Positions 24,116-30,236 of a stretch of 32,000 nucleotides of DNA are shown piece after piece; within the stretch, counting starts at the first letter, position 1; each line of letters starts with the position of its first letter. The stretch spans positions 480,001 to 512,000 of the forward strand of contig NZ_JBHSTI010000008.1 in NCBI RefSeq assembly GCF_042660085.1, given 5' to 3'. The translations under genes and the position numbers were made by a program. Source of the DNA: Longivirga aurantiaca. Lineage in GTDB: Bacteria; Actinomycetota; Actinomycetes; S36-B12; CAIYMF01. The notes under the pieces were generated by a model, which searched no databases, was not told the origin of the DNA, and saw only the letters and a program-made list of their open reading frames with translations.

Positions 24116-25501
24116 ATGAGCACCAGCAGCTCGGGCGCCGCCGGCGCACCGCTCTCCCTCGACCAGCTCAAGGCCGAGGTGGCCGACGGCCGCATCGACA
24201 CCGTCATCGTCGGGATCACCGACATGCAGGGCCGCCTTCAGGGCAAGCGCGTGCATGCGCCGTACTTCGTCGAGTACGTGCTCCCGCACGGCACCGAGGG
24301 CTGCAACTACCTGCTCGCCGTCGACGTCGACATGAACACCGTCGAGGGCTACGCGATGTCGAGCTGGACGTCGGGCTACGGCGACTTCGTCATGGCGCAC
24401 GACCTGGCGACCCTGCGCCGTGTGCCGTGGCACCCCGCGACCGCGATGGTGCAGGCCGACGTCCACTGGCTCGACGGGCGCGAGGTGGCGGCGTCGCCGC
24501 GCCAGGTGCTCAAGCGCCAGCTCGCCCGCCTGGCCGACGCCGGCATGGGCGCCTTCGTGGGCACCGAGCTCGAGTTCATCCTGTTCAACGACACGTACGA
24601 GGACGCATGGGCCCGCGGCTACCGCGACATGCACCCGTCGAACCAGTACAACGTCGACTACTCCATCATCGGCACGTCGCGCGTCGAGCCGCTGCTGCGC
24701 CGCATCCGTCTGGCGATGGCCGAGGCCGGGCTGCAGGTCGAGAGCGCCAAGGGCGAGTGCAACTTCGGCCAGCACGAGATCGCGTTCCTCTACGAGGACG
24801 CGCTCACCACGTGCGACAACCACGTCGTCTACAAGACGGCGGCGAAGGAGATCGCGGCCCAGGAGGGCTACGCCCTCACGTTCATGGCGAAGTACAACGA
24901 GCGCGAGGGCAACTCCTGCCACATCCACCTGTCGTTCCGCGGCCTCGACGGCTCGCTCGTGATGTCGGACGAGTCCGACACCGAGCACGGGATGTCCGAC
25001 GTCGGTCGCTCGTTCATCGCAGGTCAGGCGGCGCACCTGCGCGAGCTGTCGCTGCTCTACGCGCCCAACATCAACTCGTACAAGCGCTTCTCGGCAGGCT
25101 CGTTCGCACCGACCTCGATCGAGTGGGGTCGCGACAACCGCACCTGCGCGCTGCGCCTCGTCGGCCGCAAGGCCGGCCTCCGCCTCGAGAACCGCATCCC
25201 GGGCGGCGATGTGAATCCGTACCTCGCCGTCGCCGCGATGATCGCCGCCGGCCTCGACGGGATCGAGAAGGGCCTCGAGCTGAAGCCGGAGTTCACCGGC
25301 AACGCGTACGAGTCCGGCGGCGCGAAGGCGCCGACCTCGCTCGGTGAGGCCGTCGGTCTCTGGTCCGGCTCGGAGTGGGTGGCGGAGACCTTCGGCGAGG
25401 ACGTGCAGGAGCACTACGCCAACATGGGCCGCATCGAGCTCGACGCGTTCGGCCGTGCCATCACCGACTGGGAGCGCTACCGCGGCTTCGAGCGCCTCTA
25501 G
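24116..25501 (+). CDS. glutamine synthetase-family gamma-glutamyl-amine ligase (GlnA3/GlnA4/PuuA-like)
   Basis: 461 aa. AGGAGG at 24103-24108. FVGTELEFILF, KGECNFGQHEI and NSCHIHLSF are GS catalytic-domain motifs. The size and gene context fit the GS-like amine ligases rather than GlnA itself. Confidence 0.9.
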   Translation: MSTSSSGAAGAPLSLDQLKAEVADGRIDTVIVGITDMQGRLQGKRVHAPYFVEYVLPHGTEGCNYLLAVDVDMNTVEGYAMSSWTSGYGDFVMAHDLATLRRVPWHPATAMVQADVHWLDGREVAASPRQVLKRQLARLADAGMGAFVGTELEFILFNDTYEDAWARGYRDMHPSNQYNVDYSIIGTSRVEPLLRRIRLAMAEAGLQVESAKGECNFGQHEIAFLYEDALTTCDNHVVYKTAAKEIAAQEGYALTFMAKYNEREGNSCHIHLSFRGLDGSLVMSDESDTEHGMSDVGRSFIAGQAAHLRELSLLYAPNINSYKRFSAGSFAPTSIEWGRDNRTCALRLVGRKAGLRLENRIPGGDVNPYLAVAAMIAAGLDGIEKGLELKPEFTGNAYESGGAKAPTSLGEAVGLWSGSEWVAETFGEDVQEHYANMGRIELDAFGRAITDWERYRGFERL

Positions 25502-25507
25502 CCGCCG

Positions 25508-25539
25508 CCCACGATCACGACCCCGCCCATGATCACGAC
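25508..25539 (+). repeat. 14-nt direct repeat CCCA[C/T]GATCACGAC x2, period 18
   Basis: 25508-25521 and 25526-25539 differ at one base. The repeat starts 7 nt after the GS-like stop. Confidence 0.7.
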
Positions 25540-25554
25540 TACGGGTCACCGAGA

Positions 25555-25634
25555 GCAGTTGAACTGCACTCTTTGACCCTGAGGGATGATCAAGGCAGTT
25601 GAACTGCACTCATTGACCCGTACTGCTGATCTTG
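25555..25634 (+). repeat. two tandem 40-nt units, each starting with the palindrome GCAGTTGAACTGC
   Basis: 25555-25579 and 25595-25619 match at 24 of 25 positions (GCAGTTGAACTGCACTC[T/A]TTGACCC). The unit tails share TGATC. Confidence 0.8.
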
Positions 25635-27020
25635 AAAGGGGCGTTGGTCCCGGTGACCGCTCTGCACGACGTCATCAGTCCTGTCACCGAGGAGGTCGTG
25701 GCCTCGGTGCCGTCGCTCTCCCTCGAGGAGACCGACGCCGCCATCGCGCGCAGCCGTCGCGCCTTCGAGACCTGGCGGCAGGTGAGCCCCGGCGACCGGG
25801 CCCGGCTGCTGCGCCGCTTCTCGGCCGTCGTCGACGACCACCTCGAGGAGCTCGCGCAGCTCGAGGTGCGCAACTCCGGTCACACGATCGGCAACGCGCG
25901 CTGGGAGGCGGGCAACGTCCGCGACGTGCTCGCCTACTACTCGGGAGCGCCCGAGCGCCTCCTCGGCCACCAGATCCCCGTCGCCGGTGGTGTCGACATC
26001 ACGTTCCACGAGCCGCTGGGCGTCGTCGGCGTGATCGTGCCGTGGAACTTCCCGATGCCGATCGCGGGCTGGGGCTTCGCGCCGGCGCTGGCAGCGGGCA
26101 ACACGGTGGTGCTCAAGCCGGCCGAGCTCACGCCCCTCACGGCGATGCGCATCGGAGAGCTCGCCCTCGAGGCAGGCCTGCCCGAGGACGTGTTCCAGAT
26201 CCTCACGGGCAAGGGCTCCGTCGTGGGCGAGCGGTTCGTGACCCACCCCGACGTCGCCAAGGTGGTGTTCACCGGCTCGACCGAGGTCGGCATCCGGGTC
26301 GCCGAGGGCTGCGCCCGTCAGGTGAAGCCGGTGACCCTCGAGCTCGGCGGCAAGAGCGCGAACGTCATCTTCGCGGACGCCGACCTCGCCAAGGCTGCCG
26401 CGTCCGCGCCGTACGGCGTCTTCGACAACGCCGGCCAGGACTGCTGCGCGCGCTCGCGGATCCTGGTGCAGCGCTCGGTGCTCGACGAGTTCCTCGCCCT
26501 CCTCGAGCCCGCCGTCCTCGGTGTGCGCGTGGAGGACCCGAGCCTCGACACCTCCGAGATGGGCCCGCTCATCAGCCGCGGCCATCACGCCAGCGTCTCG
26601 GCGTACATCACGGACTCGACCAACGTCGTGATCCGCGGGACGGTGCCGGACGGCCCGGGCTTCTGGTTCCCGCCGACCGTGGTCGTCCCCGACTCGCACG
26701 ACGACCCGCTCATGCAGGAGGAGACGTTCGGGCCGATCGTCGCGGTGCTGCCGTTCGACGACGAGGCCGACGCGATCCGCCTCGCGAACGACTCTCCGTA
26801 CGGGCTCTCGGGCTCGATCTACACGCGCGACCTCGGACGCGCGATGCGCGTCAGCCGCGGCATCGAGAGCGGCAACCTCTCGGTCAACTCGCACTCGTCG
26901 GTCCGCTACTGGACGCCCTTCGGCGGGTTCAAGAAGTCGGGCCTCGGTCGCGAGCTCGGACCGGACGCGCTCCACGCGTTCACCGAGGTCAAGAACGTGT
27001 TCATCTCAACGGAAGGCTGA
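25632..27020 (+). CDS. NAD(P)-dependent aldehyde dehydrogenase
   Basis: ELGGKSANVIF, catalytic Cys in NAGQDCCARSR, and EETFGP. The start is uncertain (TTG 25632, TTG 25644 or GTG 25653) because the 5' end runs into a tandem repeat unit. Confidence 0.9.
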   Translation: MKGALVPVTALHDVISPVTEEVVASVPSLSLEETDAAIARSRRAFETWRQVSPGDRARLLRRFSAVVDDHLEELAQLEVRNSGHTIGNARWEAGNVRDVLAYYSGAPERLLGHQIPVAGGVDITFHEPLGVVGVIVPWNFPMPIAGWGFAPALAAGNTVVLKPAELTPLTAMRIGELALEAGLPEDVFQILTGKGSVVGERFVTHPDVAKVVFTGSTEVGIRVAEGCARQVKPVTLELGGKSANVIFADADLAKAAASAPYGVFDNAGQDCCARSRILVQRSVLDEFLALLEPAVLGVRVEDPSLDTSEMGPLISRGHHASVSAYITDSTNVVIRGTVPDGPGFWFPPTVVVPDSHDDPLMQEETFGPIVAVLPFDDEADAIRLANDSPYGLSGSIYTRDLGRAMRVSRGIESGNLSVNSHSSVRYWTPFGGFKKSGLGRELGPDALHAFTEVKNVFISTEG

Positions 27021-27026
27021 CCCATC

Positions 27027-27791
27027 GTGGACAGGTACACCGATCGCGTCGTCGTCATCACGGGCGGCGGCAGCGGCATCGGCAAGGCGACTGCGCAGCG
27101 CGTGGCCTCCGAGGGCGCGAAGGTCGTCGTGGTCGACATGAACCTCGACTCCGCCGGTGCTGTGGCCGAGGAGGTGGGCGGCCTCGCCGTGCAGGCCGAC
27201 GTCACCGACGCCGACGACGTCGCGCGCATGTTCCGGACCGCGCACGAGACGTACGGCTCGATCGACGTCTCGTTCCACAATGCCGGCATCTCGCCGCCCG
27301 ACGACGACTCGATCCTCGTCACCGGCATCGAGGCCTGGGACCGCGTGCAGAAGGTGAACCTGACCTCGGTCTACCTGTGCTGCAAGGAGGTCATCCCCTA
27401 CATGCAGGCACAGGGCAAGGGCTCGATCATCAACACCGCGTCGTTCGTCGCCACCATGGGTGCGGCGACCTCGCAGATCTCGTACACGGCGTCCAAGGGC
27501 GGCGTGCTCGCGATGAGCCGCGAGCTCGGCGTCCAGTTCGCCCGCGAGGGCATCCGCGTCAACGCGCTCAGCCCGGGGCCGGTCAACACCCCTCTGCTCG
27601 TCGAGCTCTTCGCCAAGGACCCCGAGCGCGCTGCGCGGCGTCTCGTGCACATCCCGTTCGGCCGGTTCGCCGAGCCGTCCGAGATCGCGGCGGCCGTCGC
27701 GTTCCTCGGCAGTGACGACTCGTCGTTCATCACCGCGAGCAACTTCCTCGTCGACGGCGGCATCTCGGGTGCCTACGTGACTCCGCTCTAG
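27027..27791 (+). CDS. SDR-family oxidoreductase
   Basis: VITGGGSGIGKA cofactor motif and catalytic YTASKGGV (YxxxK). The GTG lies 6 nt after the aldehyde dehydrogenase stop. Confidence 0.9.
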   Translation: MDRYTDRVVVITGGGSGIGKATAQRVASEGAKVVVVDMNLDSAGAVAEEVGGLAVQADVTDADDVARMFRTAHETYGSIDVSFHNAGISPPDDDSILVTGIEAWDRVQKVNLTSVYLCCKEVIPYMQAQGKGSIINTASFVATMGAATSQISYTASKGGVLAMSRELGVQFAREGIRVNALSPGPVNTPLLVELFAKDPERAARRLVHIPFGRFAEPSEIAAAVAFLGSDDSSFITASNFLVDGGISGAYVTPL

Positions 27792-27795
27792 ACCG
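27784..27795. promoter_or_regulatory. operator-like copy 3 (CGCTCTAGACCG, 1 mismatch)
   Basis: It overlaps the SDR stop codon TAG (27789-27791). It may be partly a coincidence of the stop codon context. Confidence 0.3.
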
Positions 27796-27890
27796 TCACG
27801 CCCGGTCAGTGACCGGCTGGGCCCCCGCTGGCGAGGAGGCGAAGCCGACGAGCCAGTGGGGGAGTGACGCCGCCGTAGGCCATCGCGACC

Positions 27891-27931
27891 GATGCGCCCC
27901 GGACTTCCTCATACGGAGCCCGGGGCGCATC
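27891..27931. other. perfect 12-bp inverted repeat GATGCGCCCCGG-N17-CCGGGGCGCATC
   Basis: Arms at 27891-27902 and 27920-27931. It lies 100 nt after the SDR stop and 19 nt before the thioesterase -10 hexamer. Confidence 0.6.
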
Positions 27932-27949
27932 CCTGTCCGGGCGGCTTCC

Positions 27950-27955
27950 TACAGT
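27950..27955 (+). promoter_or_regulatory. -10-like TACAGT, 7 nt before ATG 27963
   Basis: TANNNT at a fixed offset. It supports ATG 27963 over GTG 27954. Confidence 0.5.
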
Positions 27956-27962
27956 GGTCGTC

Positions 27963-28715
27963 ATGGCACAGATCGAGCTCGACCCGCGCTGGACGATCAC
28001 CGGGCACCTCAACGGCGGCTACCTCGCAGCCGTCTGCGGGCAGGCCGCGTCCGAGGCGCTGGACGGCGCGACGCCGCTGACGATCAGCACCCACTACCTG
28101 GCCGCCGCGCGCGGCGGCGGACCGGCCGACGTCGAGGTCGACGTGCTGCGCCGCGGTCGCCTGTCGACGGCGCGGGTGCGGCTCAGCCGCGAGGGCACGC
28201 TGCTGCTCGAGTCGCTCGTGACCGCCGGGACACCGGCTCCGGACCTGCGCTCGCTCGAGCACGCCGAGGCACCGATCGTCCCCGGATGGGACGACTGCGT
28301 CGACTCCGGTGCCTCGGAGTTCGCGGCGCAGCCGGGCATGGACGTGCTGAGGCACGTCGAGCTGCGGCTCGATCCTGCCCAGGGGCAAGCGATCGCGGGC
28401 GGTCCGGCCCTCGAGCGGGCCGTCGTCCACGGGCACATCGCCTATCGCGACGGCAGCCCCGCCGACACGTTCCTCGTCGCGGCGGCCTGGGACCTCCTGC
28501 CGCCGACCCCGTGGTTCGTCCACTTCTGGAACCAGCTGCCCACCGTCGCCGCGCAGGTCGTGCTCTACCCGGGCGAGCTCGTCGGCCCGCTGGTGCTCGA
28601 GGCGCGCTGCGAGACCATCCGCGACGGGATCGCCGACGAGACCGCACGGATCTGGGACGCCAACGGCCAGCTGGTGGCCAGCTCCCGCCAGACCGCCGTC
28701 GTCATTCCCGCCTGA
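27963..28715 (+). CDS. thioesterase-like double hotdog protein (acyl-CoA thioesterase II-like)
   Basis: ATG 27963 lies 7 nt after TACAGT (27950-27955). HLNGGYLAAV near the N-terminus and a C-terminal GIADETARIWDANGQLVASSRQTA are typical of 4HBT_3-type thioesterase-like proteins. Confidence 0.7.
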   Translation: MAQIELDPRWTITGHLNGGYLAAVCGQAASEALDGATPLTISTHYLAAARGGGPADVEVDVLRRGRLSTARVRLSREGTLLLESLVTAGTPAPDLRSLEHAEAPIVPGWDDCVDSGASEFAAQPGMDVLRHVELRLDPAQGQAIAGGPALERAVVHGHIAYRDGSPADTFLVAAAWDLLPPTPWFVHFWNQLPTVAAQVVLYPGELVGPLVLEARCETIRDGIADETARIWDANGQLVASSRQTAVVIPA

Positions 28716-28727
28716 CCCGTGCGCTCG

Positions 28728-28777
28728 CACTGACCGAACCGTCGCTACCCGGCCTGGGAAGCGACGGAACGATCAGT
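28728..28777 (+). repeat. intergenic hairpin element, copy B (degenerate stem)
   Basis: CACTGACCGAACCGTC...GGGAAGCGACGGAACGATCAGT. Against copy A the two blocks match 14/16 and 20/22. The stem is interrupted by 3 mismatches. Confidence 0.7.
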
Positions 28778-28792
28778 CTCAGCGGGTGGGTG

Positions 28793-29503
28793 TCAGGAGG
28801 GGGTGGCGGCGCGGACGAGGGCGTCGAAGAGGCGGCTGTCGTCCATCTGCTCGGGGTGCCACTGCACGCCCAGCACGAACGGCGCGGACGGATCCTCGAG
28901 CGTCTCGATGGTGCCGTCCTCGGCGTACCCCGTGACGGTGAGCGAGCCGGCGTCGGCCACCGCCTGATGGTGGCTCGAGTTCACGACCGCCTCGGTGGCG
29001 TCGAGGATCGCGGCGACGAGCGAACCCGGCGCGAACGACGCCTTGTGCTCGCTGTAGGCGCCGAGCTGCTCTCGGTGGACGCTGCCGAACCCGGCGGACG
29101 GCAGGTCCTGGATGAGAGAGCCGCCGCTGTCGACGGCCATCATCTGCATGCCTCGGCAGATGCCGAGGACCGGCAGCGCGCGCTCCCGCGCCGACCGGTA
29201 GATCGCGCGCTCGGTGGCGTCGCGGTCGATCCGGGGGATGTCGGAGGTCTCGTGCGGCGCCGCCGCGTAGTACGCCGGGTCGATGTCGGGACCGCCGGCG
29301 ATGACCACCGCGTCGAGCCGCGCGACCGCGGCGTCGACGCTGGCTGCGTCCCACACGGGGGGAAGGACCACGACCGCTGCGCCGGAGCGCTCGAGCTTGT
29401 CGATGTACGCGCGGTGCAGGACGACCGCGGGCACGTCCCACGCCCCCCAGCGCGCCTGCTCGCCGTAGCCGCTTATCCCGATCACCGGTCGCATGGCGGA
29501 CAT
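28793..29503 (-). CDS. gamma-glutamyl-gamma-aminobutyrate hydrolase family protein (peptidase C26, class I amidotransferase fold; PuuD-like)
   Basis: Nucleophile LGICRGMQMM and GVQWHPE (His-Glu). 236 aa. An alternative ATG is at 29494. Confidence 0.9.
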   Translation of the reverse strand: MSAMRPVIGISGYGEQARWGAWDVPAVVLHRAYIDKLERSGAAVVVLPPVWDAASVDAAVARLDAVVIAGGPDIDPAYYAAAPHETSDIPRIDRDATERAIYRSARERALPVLGICRGMQMMAVDSGGSLIQDLPSAGFGSVHREQLGAYSEHKASFAPGSLVAAILDATEAVVNSSHHQAVADAGSLTVTGYAEDGTIETLEDPSAPFVLGVQWHPEQMDDSRLFDALVRAATPS

Positions 29504-29600
29504 GATCCCCGATCGGTGCGTGCGCCGTCCGCAAGCGATCGGCCATGTCGCGCAGGGATCCGCGCAATCGTCGGCCGGCCTTGCCGGTCGCGGCGACGGG

Positions 29601-30236
29601 TCAGACGACGAGCCGGCCGTCGTGCAGCGCGGTCTCGCGGTCGCACGCCGCGACCACCTCGGGGTCGTGCGTGGCCACGAGGACGACCGCCCCGCGGTCG
29701 GCGGCGTCGCGCAGGAGCGCGAGGATGCGCAGCTTGGTCCCGCCGTCCTGCTGCGACGTGGGCTCGTCGGCGAGGACGACGTCGGGCTCCGTCACGAGGG
29801 CCCGTGCGACGGCGACGCGCTGGCGCTGGCCGCCGGACAGCTCCTCGACCGAGCGCTCGGCGAGGTCGCCCAGGCCGACCGACACCAGCGCCTCCAGGGC
29901 GCGTGAACGCACGTCGGCGGCGGGCACGTCGAGCGCCTGCAGCGCGACCTCGACGTTCTCGGCCGCCGTCAGCACCGACACGAGCCCGTATCCCTGCAGC
30001 ACCAGGCCGAGGCGGGCGTCGAGGCCGTCGAGCACCGGGCGGCCGTCCACGAGCGCGCGGCCGGCCGACGGGACGGCGAGGCCCGCGAGCAGTGCGAGCA
30101 GGCTCGACTTGCCGCTCCCGGACGGGCCCGTGACGGCGAGCATCTCGCCGGCCTCCGCTCTCACCGAGACGTCGTCGAGCACGACGCGCCCGGCGGGCTC
30201 GTAGCGCAGCGACTCGGCCGACACGATCCGGGTCAT
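29601..30236 (-). CDS. ABC transporter ATP-binding protein (canonical motifs)
   Basis: 211 aa. Walker A GPSGSGKSS, signature LSGGQRQRVAVARAL, Walker B VVLADEPT, H-loop ATHD. The ATG overlaps the upstream stop (ATGA at 30233-30236). Confidence 0.9.
   Translation of the reverse strand: MTRIVSAESLRYEPAGRVVLDDVSVRAEAGEMLAVTGPSGSGKSSLLALLAGLAVPSAGRALVDGRPVLDGLDARLGLVLQGYGLVSVLTAAENVEVALQALDVPAADVRSRALEALVSVGLGDLAERSVEELSGGQRQRVAVARALVTEPDVVLADEPTSQQDGGTKLRILALLRDAADRGAVVLVATHDPEVVAACDRETALHDGRLVV

Noticed and set aside
25555-25634. Possible CRISPR array or iteron cluster.
   Set aside because: There are only two units, and the variable part is 15 nt, not a spacer-sized insert. No cas genes or replication genes are nearby. 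I treated it as a regulatory tandem repeat instead.
25544-25658. Long-range complementarity GGTCACCG (25544-25551) / CGGTGACC (25651-25658) enclosing the tandem units.
   Set aside because: It is a single 8-bp match in GC-rich sequence. The adjacent AGAGC/GCTCT complementarity is in the wrong order to extend the helix. It is likely chance.
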